Source of the DNA: a virus
Taxonomy: Duplodnaviria; Caudoviricetes
Virus record (IMG/VR): IMGVR_UViG_2859564202_000001
Reading direction: 5' to 3' (one strand)
DNA: 64,000 bases
Below the pieces are notes generated by a model. The model searched no databases and was not told where the DNA came from. It saw only the letters and a list, made by a program, of their open reading frames with translations. Below are positions 40,295-49,508 of the stretch, piece by piece; positions within the stretch are counted from its first letter, which is position 1, and each line of letters opens with the position of its first letter. A program made the position numbers and the translations under genes.

Positions 40295-41785
40295 CTAGAA
40301 ACGGAATTCAACAGCATCGGAACCTTGGGCAACCTGAGTATTTTCCACTGCCTGATCAAGCTGTGTTTCCGAGATCAACAGTTGTTGCAGGAGTTGGCGC
40401 TGGTAGCGCTGCTTTTCATTGAAATAGTCCTGGTACGCCTGTGCCAGATTGTTTTTTAAATCAATAAGTGGCTTGGCACCTTCACTGAGCACATGATCTT
40501 CTAGGCGATCACCGTTGCTTAAGACCCACTCCATTTGATTGGCATTCCATGTCGCTTTAGTTTGATACGCGTGATCTGTAATCCAGGTCATAGCATCTTG
40601 ATTCCCTGGGACAACATCCTTGAGGTAGCCATCAAGTGTGGTGCCTAAGCGCCAATCAAAGTCATAACCGCCACCAAAAATATGATCGGTGACCAGGCGG
40701 TATGAGTTGTATTGATAGCCCTCACTCATCAGATTATCCAGCGACGCAGCCATGAACGTCTTGTCCTCCCAACCTGGGACAGATTTCCCGGTGGGGTCCT
40801 CAGCGAGCTGCTTGGTAACATCGACACTTGCCAAACCTTCGATACGATCACCGCGAATTGACTCATGCGGAATAGGCTCAATCAGCGACACGCGCTCACC
40901 CATAATGGTCGCGCTCGTAACGCCGAGCGCCTCCTTGTAATTCTCGATGCGACCAAGCAGTGCGTTCATACGTGAAAGTGACGTATCTAGTGCCTGTCGG
41001 TGACCCACCTCCGTATCTGTCATAGAGGTCTGCCAATACAACGCACGGAGATCAATCTGTTCGTCATTTAATGCCGGCAACGTCGCCAAAGTCTCTGCCG
41101 CTGGATTGAGCATGATGCGCCACTGGTCGTGATCAATAAAGGAATCGTCATAGCCTTGAGCCTTCATATTCTCCGAGGTCAAGTTTGTACTATCGACTTC
41201 GACAAGCTCTTTCTTTGCACGCATTGTGATGTTGAGAACCTGCATATCAAAGCCCTCAGGGGCCTCAAGCATGAGCCCAATTCGACCATCACCAAAGCTA
41301 TAAATGGAACCCACAGTTGCTTGAGAGACATCTGCTGCTTTGGGGCTGGTGCCAAGGTCTTTCACACCGGTGACATAGGCAAAATAATCCTCAGCATTAG
41401 TGGACATATTGGCGGGAACAGCAAACTTAATAACAGCAAAAGCCCGTGTGCCCTCTACATTTTTCCAAAAGCCTGCGAGCTCGCTGACCTGGTTGGTTCG
41501 TGATGATCGAAACTCGGCGTTGTACGTGGCTGTTTGAGAAAAATCAATGTTGCCGGCCTGCACTGCGTAAACAATTGTGCTGCCAAAAAGCAAAGACCCT
41601 GATACCACTGCTGCACCCGAAATAAGTGCTACCCGCTCGATCGTGTAGTGCTGGCCTAAACGAAAGCGGCTGACAATACGATCGACTTTCTTCTGCATAC
41701 CCTCTTTATTTGATGATGACTTTTTCTGCTTTGCTTTTCTCTGCACAGTATTTGTCATAGCTCTACCCCATTTCTTTAATGACAA
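40295..41785 (-). CDS. Membrane-anchored extracytoplasmic hypothetical protein
   Basis: N-terminal TM; lies in the conjugation operon. Confidence 0.7.
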   Translation of the reverse strand: MSLKKWGRAMTNTVQRKAKQKKSSSNKEGMQKKVDRIVSRFRLGQHYTIERVALISGAAVVSGSLLFGSTIVYAVQAGNIDFSQTATYNAEFRSSRTNQVSELAGFWKNVEGTRAFAVIKFAVPANMSTNAEDYFAYVTGVKDLGTSPKAADVSQATVGSIYSFGDGRIGLMLEAPEGFDMQVLNITMRAKKELVEVDSTNLTSENMKAQGYDDSFIDHDQWRIMLNPAAETLATLPALNDEQIDLRALYWQTSMTDTEVGHRQALDTSLSRMNALLGRIENYKEALGVTSATIMGERVSLIEPIPHESIRGDRIEGLASVDVTKQLAEDPTGKSVPGWEDKTFMAASLDNLMSEGYQYNSYRLVTDHIFGGGYDFDWRLGTTLDGYLKDVVPGNQDAMTWITDHAYQTKATWNANQMEWVLSNGDRLEDHVLSEGAKPLIDLKNNLAQAYQDYFNEKQRYQRQLLQQLLISETQLDQAVENTQVAQGSDAVEFRF

Positions 41786-41934
41786 ACTTATTTTAACTAT
41801 TTAAAGACTAATTAAATTTAACACAATTAAATAAACAAACATACTGCATTATTTAACTCAACTAACGCCCCCAAAACATACAAAAAGCACACCCTCAGAC
41901 ATCTGAGAATGTGCTTTTTGTGCGGTGCTGAATC

Positions 41935-42336
41935 TTAGCCACCTGTACCGAAACCGGTAACCGTATCGCCTGCACCAGACGCAAAGTTCAGCGCAAGTGT
42001 GATACCACCAACTAGGAACGCACCACCGACAATGATGAGCAAAATAGTGGTGAACCACTGAATCTGCTGACCACTCTGACCACCGAAGAGCTTGCGCATC
42101 ACGTTGACAAAGCCCCAAATCACAGCAGCACCACCAACAAGTGCCAGCAGCGAACCACCAATAATCATGAGGTAGTCAGTCGAGTTTTCAAGGAACGACT
42201 GTAGATCCCAACTCTCACCCGTGGTGTACTGATCAGCACCATCCCAACCGGTGCCACCCTGTGCAACATAACTAACATTTCCAGGAATTGACATATTCAC
42301 CCTACTTTCCACACTATTCCCATAAGTAATAAACAA
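41935..42336 (-). CDS. Small two-TM protein, VirB2/pilin-like
   Basis: Two hydrophobic helices joined by a short basic loop; start probably MSIPGN. Confidence 0.55.
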   Translation of the reverse strand: MFITYGNSVESRVNMSIPGNVSYVAQGGTGWDGADQYTTGESWDLQSFLENSTDYLMIIGGSLLALVGGAAVIWGFVNVMRKLFGGQSGQQIQWFTTILLIIVGGAFLVGGITLALNFASGAGDTVTGFGTGG

Positions 42337-42451
42337 CTTTTGTTATCACCTAGTAACTTAGTCTGTTTTTTAGTGGGTTTCAATTCCTAAATACATTTAT
42401 TATTTGGTTAATTAATAAGGATTAATCACCCCAGAAGAGTATATTAAAGGC

Positions 42452-42493
42452 ATAAAGAATCCCCATACACTTTGCGTGTATGGGGATTCTTTA
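42452..42493. terminator. Hairpin/terminator at the island border
   Basis: taaagaatccccatacac-tttgc-gtgtatggggattcttta. Confidence 0.75.
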
Positions 42494-42517
42494 CGTCATC
42501 AACTAATCAAATACTAA

Positions 42518-42580
42518 TTATCCTGTGCTGGTGGAGTTGATGAAGACGAAGTTTACTGGTTATACAACACAGTATCTAGC
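42518..42580 (+). pseudogene. 3' remnant of a paralog of ORF 46665-47426
   Basis: LSCAGGVDEDEVYWLYNTVSS versus LACAGATNTEGVYWLYNTVTS. Confidence 0.65.
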
Positions 42581-42686
42581 TTAAATACTCAGGAAAAACT
42601 CTATGGACGTGCAGTGAAATGCTCCCATTTTGAGCTAAAAATCATATACATAGCAACAGGAAGCATTTCCACGAGAGATCGCAACG

Positions 42687-44198
42687 CTACCGGTTGTCCT
42701 CGTAAAACGCATATCCCTCACGTGTTGTCGATTCATCGACAACACGTGCAACAATCGGCAACATTGGTGGCACGTGCCTATGACCCTTCCAACCGACATT
42801 CCTCGGATCATTTCTTGACGGCACCTCGTTCACCGGCACCCCTTCTTCAGAAACCGCCAATCTAGCAGAATTATGCGTCTTATTATATCTTGGCTGTTCC
42901 AGCTTAATATATAAAGCCTCCTTCTCTTTTGCCTCAGCCTGGGTAAAGCAAGATTCAAGATGAAATGTAGCCATCGTAGAAAACCACGGCGATACTAGCC
43001 TATGATGTGCGTGGTTAATAGACCCTAAGCCGGCATGCTCCCTCAACCGTACAAGAGGGTTTATTGTCTCCCCGATATACAAAAGCTGACCTTCGCGATC
43101 AAACGCCCTATAGATCCAATGTCGATTGACGAAAGATGAATCATCAAATTTCTTAAGAATCTCTGGATACAATGCCAAAACTTCCTTATAACATTCCACC
43201 TTCTGAGTAGCAATGCGCCTATGCTGCTGATAATAATCAGCAATGTTTACGCGTAAAACATCAGGGTGATTCGTCGCAAGTATCATTTTTCTCGTCATCG
43301 GCAAGGGCTCTGGCTCGTCTAGTCCTTCCGAAAACTTATGTAGAGGTGGGCGAAAACGACCATCCTCCCAATATTGCTCGTGTTCAATTAAAGAGCTGAT
43401 CGCCTGAGTATCCTCCCACTCAACTGATTCAACAAGCTTTCTAATCCTTGCCTCTGCACCCCACCACTCTTGGTCAAGCATTAGACATCTGACCAACTCC
43501 TCCATTTCCCGGGAAAGATCTTGTACAGGGCGCCCACGGTGATCCTGTAAGTAGTAATCAGAATCTTCCAAAGGATTCCAATTTTCAGATACCTCGTCTA
43601 AAGCCTGCTGCACCTCTACTTCTTCACGCAGCTCCCCTTGTTCAATAGCTCCCAAAACATCTGTGACAACCGCTAGTGCATGGTCGATATAGTATGAATC
43701 CGGCTTTGGTATCCAAAACTCAGGAGACCATTGATAGTCACCCCGTTGCCTTGTCACTTCAGCTTGCAGATACTGCTCCACCTCATCAACATCAGCAGCC
43801 GACGGCTGAAAAGGAAGTTCCAGGTTCGTATACCATTCTTGGAGCTCACTAAACTTTAGATTCAGCTCTTCAAGCCCTTCAAATCCAGTTTCACTAGAAG
43901 AAAGATCCTCAAGATCTCGAAGAGCCCAAGAAAAGCTTTCCAAGGATCGCTCAGCGAAGGATATATTGCTGATTAGATCGCTAACGAACCAGTAGCTATT
44001 CATGTTCTTACCGCTCCACGAGGTCGCGTCAGCTTCTGAATCATAAGCAAAGAAAGACTCAATCATGAATTGATCTCGCCAACCATCATCCTTCTTGAGT
44101 ATTGTATTTTCCCCAGTTACTTCATCAATGAGTAGCGAATATACTACTTCTTTCGCGGTGTTATAAAGTTCAAACAACCATACAGGTCGATCAATCAC
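42687..44198 (-). CDS. Protein with a C-terminal GIY-YIG nuclease domain
   Basis: WIYRAFDREGQLLYIGET...RLREH...E..YI....PRYN. Confidence 0.78.
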   Translation of the reverse strand: MIDRPVWLFELYNTAKEVVYSLLIDEVTGENTILKKDDGWRDQFMIESFFAYDSEADATSWSGKNMNSYWFVSDLISNISFAERSLESFSWALRDLEDLSSSETGFEGLEELNLKFSELQEWYTNLELPFQPSAADVDEVEQYLQAEVTRQRGDYQWSPEFWIPKPDSYYIDHALAVVTDVLGAIEQGELREEVEVQQALDEVSENWNPLEDSDYYLQDHRGRPVQDLSREMEELVRCLMLDQEWWGAEARIRKLVESVEWEDTQAISSLIEHEQYWEDGRFRPPLHKFSEGLDEPEPLPMTRKMILATNHPDVLRVNIADYYQQHRRIATQKVECYKEVLALYPEILKKFDDSSFVNRHWIYRAFDREGQLLYIGETINPLVRLREHAGLGSINHAHHRLVSPWFSTMATFHLESCFTQAEAKEKEALYIKLEQPRYNKTHNSARLAVSEEGVPVNEVPSRNDPRNVGWKGHRHVPPMLPIVARVVDESTTREGYAFYEDNR

Positions 44199-44338
44199 GT
44201 TTTACCTCCGTTGAGGTACACAGCCCTATCGAGCGTTCTTCGTTTACAGTAGACCCTTGTAGCTATTCCAACACTGAAATTGTCTGATTTTAAGAGGCAG
44301 GCAACTAAAAACTTAAAACCTGGAAAAACTCGCTTAAA

Positions 44339-44701
44339 TTGGTTACGCTTCATCTGCCCTACTTAAAACAGCGGATCAGAAAGCAAAAGATTATGTCCAA
44401 CCTGCCAACTGAGGTTTACCTATCAAACCAAAATCAAAATGAAACCATCTTAGCCCTCAAAACGTGGCTATCACCTAGCGTGGCAAAGGTGGAATATGGC
44501 GGATCCTCAATTTCTGTGGCAAAGCTACTGGACAATCCCTATGAGGCATTAAACATCGCCCGCCATGAAGAACCCAAATCCTGGCAAACGGTCGCAAGAA
44601 TTCACTTCGATTCTTCTGAAGAGGCCACTGTCATTGTGACAATGAAAGGTTTAGGTGGAACAGATCGTATCCGACTCACTATTTCTCAGTCAGAAAGCTA
44701 G
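44339..44701 (+). CDS. Hypothetical protein
   Basis: ORF only; probable start MSNLP. Confidence 0.45.
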   Translation: MVTLHLPYLKQRIRKQKIMSNLPTEVYLSNQNQNETILALKTWLSPSVAKVEYGGSSISVAKLLDNPYEALNIARHEEPKSWQTVARIHFDSSEEATVIVTMKGLGGTDRIRLTISQSES

Positions 44702-44908
44702 CATGCAAATGTAGTTACTAAGCCCGTTCCAATACCATTATGTAGCCCTTTAACTAACTAAGCTGCAGATTATTGAAATCGGCACTATTTTCAAAACAGG
44801 CCTAAATAGCACATATTTTCTATCATCGTGTATCACGTGTCGTACCGAAAGTTTATAATGGGCATTGTATCCACCACTGGATATCCGACATAAACAAGGA
44901 GGCACCTG

Positions 44909-45133
44909 ATGACCAAGCGAAATATCACTACTGTCCGCACAGAAGACGGATGGGGCAACCGCCGAGACAATGCGTCCCGGCTATCAAAAAGCTTCGACAC
45001 CCAATCAGAAGCGATTGCTGCCGCTAAAGTGACTGCTCAGCGAGAAAAGTTGGAGCATCGTATCCAGGGCCGGGATGGAAAAATCCGTGAAGCCAACTCT
45101 TATGGGAATGATCCACACCCACCTAAGGGCTGA
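44909..45133 (+). CDS. DUF2188-family small protein
   Basis: FDTQSEAIAAA...IQGRDGKIREANSYGNDPHPPKG; AAGGAGG RBS. Confidence 0.85.
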   Translation: MTKRNITTVRTEDGWGNRRDNASRLSKSFDTQSEAIAAAKVTAQREKLEHRIQGRDGKIREANSYGNDPHPPKG

Positions 45134-45168
45134 GTTTCACAATCCACAATACGTTCCAACCTGCCCGA

Positions 45169-45217
45169 TTAAAGGCTCAGTGGCCAATCAGCTTAGCTGA
45201 TTGGCCACTGGAATTGG
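45169..45217. repeat. 49-bp palindromic element, copy 1
   Basis: cagtggccaatcagc-tta-gctgattggccactg; 47/49 identical to 49255-49303. Confidence 0.9.
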
Positions 45218-45525
45218 GGCAAGCACTAAGTCGTAAGCGAGTACAATGGACAGCACCTAATAAGAATTGTAGAAACCGTTGAACGCAGCTTTAGCTTGAT
45301 TGCAGCAGCGTTTCCAAGTCATTCAGGACTTCTTGCGCCCCTTTAGAGCCAACTTCCGAAATCCAATAGGAGCTGTCAGCCGGGTACATCTTAGGAAAAT
45401 TCTTACTTGCTTCGCCCAACATCTCAAGAACTTGAGGATTGTCAATGTCAGGTGAAGCAAAAAAATTTTCTATCAACATAAGAGTTTCAGTCGCCTTCTC
45501 AGAGAAAGAATTCTTGACGAGGATT

Positions 45526-46173
45526 CTAGGAATGTCCCTCTGATAGAGAATGGCGACTGAACCGCTTCGCCTCCATCCACTCATCAGTCTCCCAGTCAAG
45601 TACAAACCCTCTCCCCTGCCCCGCCACGGCGTGTCGTATGTTCAACTGATAGCTGCGGTAAGTATCCCCGTCCAACTTTGACCACGCGATTCTCGGTCGC
45701 TCGACTCCAAGTATTTCCCACGCACGCTCATACACGTCACGGTCAATCGGGGCATGAAGAAACACGTAGACTTCTTCCACAGCTGGATGTCCCAGCACAG
45801 ATAGGTACTTGAGAGTCATATTCAACCACTTCTGCGCATGCCCGTAGTGGAACTGGAATGTCGGTCTCTCCGGGTGAGGGTTCTCCGCAAAAAAGGCAAC
45901 TAGATCCTCGCACCAAACCTGGTGCTGCTGGTCGAATTCGTCTTGGGACCTGATACCACCGAAAGAGTGCACAAAACTGACAATCTTGTCGCAAGACGTG
46001 GCCTTCAGCTCCTTAGCTCTAGGGTGTGACCCCATCCCCCAGAGGGTCCGCTGCACATCTCGATAAGCTGGCCAACATACAGATCTGATGGTCTCGTCAC
46101 TGTGAGGCGCCGAGGCAACCCTTCTTCCAAAATAGAAAGCAGTGAGTGAGGTGAGCCGACGTTCGGGATTCAT
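45526..46173 (-). CDS. Hypothetical protein, possibly HhH-GPD-like
   Basis: YGHAQKWLNMTLKY...LHAPID...WSKL pattern. Confidence 0.6.
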   Translation of the reverse strand: MNPERRLTSLTAFYFGRRVASAPHSDETIRSVCWPAYRDVQRTLWGMGSHPRAKELKATSCDKIVSFVHSFGGIRSQDEFDQQHQVWCEDLVAFFAENPHPERPTFQFHYGHAQKWLNMTLKYLSVLGHPAVEEVYVFLHAPIDRDVYERAWEILGVERPRIAWSKLDGDTYRSYQLNIRHAVAGQGRGFVLDWETDEWMEAKRFSRHSLSEGHS

Positions 46174-46664
46174 GACTTCACTTTACCCATTTCGGCATCC
46201 CATCCCTGGCTGAAACCAAAAGATTCCAAGGTTAGTCAATAACCACCGCTGACGTGTTGATGCATCACATTAATGACCGGTCCTATGAGTTCTGGTTTCA
46301 CTACAGCGACCTTGAGCATTAGGCGCACCTAATTGCATTAATCCCACTGAGGTTGAGATTGTCACTAGCAATAGGGGTGTTCTCACGTGCGAGTCGTACA
46401 GCGAGTTTACATGCAAAATCTTTGCGTTATCGAGCAATCTTGGCATGAATCTGAGCAACTTTACGGTGCTGTTTCTTCTAGCTGTCACTTACCTTTTAAC
46501 GGTGCCTTTCATCAGCCTTTTGCTTACGTGAAAGATCACGTTGCGCACGCTTAAACTGACGAAGCAGAGATTATAAGTTCACGAGTGCCGTCGGAATCGA
46601 CAACGGCTGCAAAAGAGTTGAACCCCATATCAAGAGCCGCATGATGATCATTATTATTCAAATC

Positions 46665-47426
46665 TTAACCGTCTTTTACAGCACCAATAAACTCTTCGCT
46701 AGTTACTGTGTTATACAACCAATAGACCCCCTCCGTGTTGGTTGCACCAGCGCAGGCTAATACAGGCGTATCTCTTGCTAAAGGTGCAGCTAAATGGACA
46801 TCATCAAAAGTCGGTGAATCAATTTCACTTCTAACAGAGACTGTGGCAGTTAAGAATTGACCTGATTTATTTCGTGGAAGCTCTATGTATGGGCTTCCGG
46901 AACCTTGTTCTTGCGCTTGGCAAAACACATCTTCCTGATTGAAATAAAACGGATCATGATTAGAAAGTACTATGTCAAAATCTACCACTGAATATTCAGG
47001 TAGATTCTCATCAAATATATAAACTCGACAAGTATCTGACTTCAATTGACTCAAACGAATAGTCGCTGTTTCTCTAAATCTTTCGCGCTGCAAGTCCCAC
47101 GAATATCGCAATCTAGCCACGTGAAACACTCCAGCGGAAAGTTCCTTTCCTCTAAACGGGGTGCCTTTTTTAAAAATATCATTGTGGAAAACAAGACGTT
47201 TTATGTCGGTAGGTTTTTTCTCACGTTTTACATGAAAGCGTTGTTCAGCATGCCTCTCAGTTTTATCATGCAATGACAAATGAATCGGTTGAGCACCATC
47301 GCTATAAGAAGGCGTAATATAAAAATCGGCCTTCTTCGAAGTAAAAAGAAATGGGATACCTAACACCCTATCTGTGCCCCCACTAAACGCAATACAAATT
47401 TCATCAATAGTATTATGCCGACTCAT
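46665..47426 (-). CDS. Hypothetical protein
   Basis: 253 aa AT-rich ORF; a paralog fragment at 42518 supports coding status. Confidence 0.65.
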   Translation of the reverse strand: MSRHNTIDEICIAFSGGTDRVLGIPFLFTSKKADFYITPSYSDGAQPIHLSLHDKTERHAEQRFHVKREKKPTDIKRLVFHNDIFKKGTPFRGKELSAGVFHVARLRYSWDLQRERFRETATIRLSQLKSDTCRVYIFDENLPEYSVVDFDIVLSNHDPFYFNQEDVFCQAQEQGSGSPYIELPRNKSGQFLTATVSVRSEIDSPTFDDVHLAAPLARDTPVLACAGATNTEGVYWLYNTVTSEEFIGAVKDG

Positions 47427-47607
47427 TTGATGCCCCTAGTTATTGTGACCTTACAGTCAATCAAAGATATAGTCTGTCGAGCGGTACCGCTTATAAACGC
47501 CACGCCAAGCTAGAATTACCATCCCCTAGCCTCAACTACGGAGCAGGACCAGTAGCATTGGTAAATCAGTAGTAAACTCGCTCGTTTATAAACTTGTTTG
47601 GATTTAC

Positions 47608-48159
47608 TCACACAGGCTCAGATTCTGAGAACTCTCTAATCGCGGAGTCCAAAATACTGTTAGTGGCCTGTTCTAGCAATGGAAAGTTAATATAAGTAGC
47701 TGGGCGCACTTTCTGGCCACTATCAATCATCTCTTTTTGTCGCCAAGCTGAATTGTAAATTTCTCTCAGCAATTCTTTTATTTCTGAAAGACTTTCTCGG
47801 ACAATTGGTGCCCAGAGGGACAGATCGAGTTCGTCTACCGCCATTTTAAATTTAACGTAAGTAGAAAAATCGTTGTCGCTTTGCCCCTCAGCATGTTTAA
47901 CTAAATCTTCACGAAACTCTGCATCTAACCGATTCATCTCAATTGTATGCTCATGATTCGCTCTTTCAATAGCATGTAAAAATCTAATAACAGCCAAGCG
48001 CTGGCTTTCTCTAAACTCGCTGCGAGCAACCTTCAGGTTTACCTTCGCTTCTTTTCTAAAGTCCAAGTACCGGTCCACATATTTCAATACAGCTGTGAAT
48101 ACAGCAACAAGCAAACCGCCTGACACCCCTATTAATAAACTTTCTAAATTTATGGGCAA
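47608..48159 (-). CDS. Hypothetical protein with an N-terminal TM
   Basis: TM plus helical domain. Confidence 0.6.
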   Translation of the reverse strand: MPINLESLLIGVSGGLLVAVFTAVLKYVDRYLDFRKEAKVNLKVARSEFRESQRLAVIRFLHAIERANHEHTIEMNRLDAEFREDLVKHAEGQSDNDFSTYVKFKMAVDELDLSLWAPIVRESLSEIKELLREIYNSAWRQKEMIDSGQKVRPATYINFPLLEQATNSILDSAIREFSESEPV

Positions 48160-48308
48160 CGCTGCTATCTTCTTTTCTCTAATTATGTGGATCAGATCAG
48201 TTAATTGTCATAATAGTGTTAATCTCAACCTCAAAGATGATTTCCAGACGCATTGATTGAAATCACAAACTCAGTTCCGCTGGATACATCTTCAAAAGTG
48301 TTATATGA

Positions 48309-49241
48309 CTACGAAAGAAAATAACGCTCTTTAAACTCCGGCGAACAGGCTTCCATGACACTACTCATCATTGTTTTATTCTCTTGCCTCTTCGTTTTAT
48401 TCTTCTCTCGAGCGAGGATTCGCTTCTCCCAGTACGGTTCTGCCTGAAGCATCTTTTGTGGTGAAAGCTTAAAATTCCCGTGCTCATTAGTCCAAATGAA
48501 AGAGTTGGGGGTAAAAATTTCTGAGTTGAACATATAGTTCGCTAAATCTACAGACCAAGAAAACTCTCGACTTTCAGAAAAATGGTACTGACAAAGACGA
48601 CCCAAAAGAGCACAAATCCAGTCTGCAAACTGAACAGTTCCGTATAAATGACTGTCCGCCTGAAGCGGTATATCAACCACTCTGCTCAAATCTTTATCTG
48701 CATGGCGGCTAAAAATTGTGCTACCTAAAGTGGACACCGCTCTCGTTCGGTTATCAGCCTCAGTCGCATCCATGATGACCATAATCTCATCATCCTTTGA
48801 GGCACCAATCGACCCAACGCGCTTAATAGTTTGAATCAAACAATGCTTTTCTCGCTCCTGAGTCGATTCGCAGCTGATGCTCACTGGACCGAGTGGCTTC
48901 TCTTGCCCAAAGAAAAAAACGTTTCCTCTAGATCGCTTAAGCTCTCTCGATATTCGTTTCAAGGCGGGAATCATTTCACTCCCATACTTATTATAGTTTT
49001 TGGTAGTAAGGAGACTCGCCCCTTTCTTTTCCCATCGTCGCGGATGAACATTTGCTGCACGAATTTCTTCAGCTAAAAGACGCTCTTTAATATGTTCGAA
49101 GTAACCACCAAATCGACGAACCTCGACTTCAGGGATGACAAATCCGCCATAGCCAAAAACAGGGTTTTCATGATACTTTTTATGCTTTGGACTGATATAG
49201 GGGCCTACATGCCCAAATTCATCCAAGTATACAATCAACAA
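48309..49241 (-). CDS. DUF3800-family protein
   Basis: VYLDEFG N-terminus and DSHLYGTVQFADWI; AAGGAGG RBS. Confidence 0.82.
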   Translation of the reverse strand: MLIVYLDEFGHVGPYISPKHKKYHENPVFGYGGFVIPEVEVRRFGGYFEHIKERLLAEEIRAANVHPRRWEKKGASLLTTKNYNKYGSEMIPALKRISRELKRSRGNVFFFGQEKPLGPVSISCESTQEREKHCLIQTIKRVGSIGASKDDEIMVIMDATEADNRTRAVSTLGSTIFSRHADKDLSRVVDIPLQADSHLYGTVQFADWICALLGRLCQYHFSESREFSWSVDLANYMFNSEIFTPNSFIWTNEHGNFKLSPQKMLQAEPYWEKRILAREKNKTKRQENKTMMSSVMEACSPEFKERYFLS

Positions 49242-49254
49242 AATAAATACCTCC

Positions 49255-49303
49255 TTAAAGGCTCAGTGGCCAATCAGCTTTGCTGATTGGCCACCGGAAT
49301 TGG
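49255..49303. repeat. 49-bp palindromic element, copy 2, abutting the DUF3800 RBS
   Basis: Near-identical to 45169-45217. Confidence 0.9.
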
Positions 49304-49508
49304 CGCGTTACCCGTTTTTCAGAGCCGCCACCGTACTCCTTAATATTAAGGAGAATGTTGCACTTGCGCAACCTCAATTACTGTTGTCGCATCTATCTAG
49401 TGCAAAGAATACCCCTTTCCATCACCCCTTTGTCTAAAAAATACAATCAGACAAGAGCTAACACAACGACCGCAGAGATCCCTCTCCACGGTCATTGTGT
49501 TTTACACG

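Noticed and set aside
45169-49303. CRISPR array
   Set aside because: Only two copies 4 kb apart, with no regular spacers and no cas genes.
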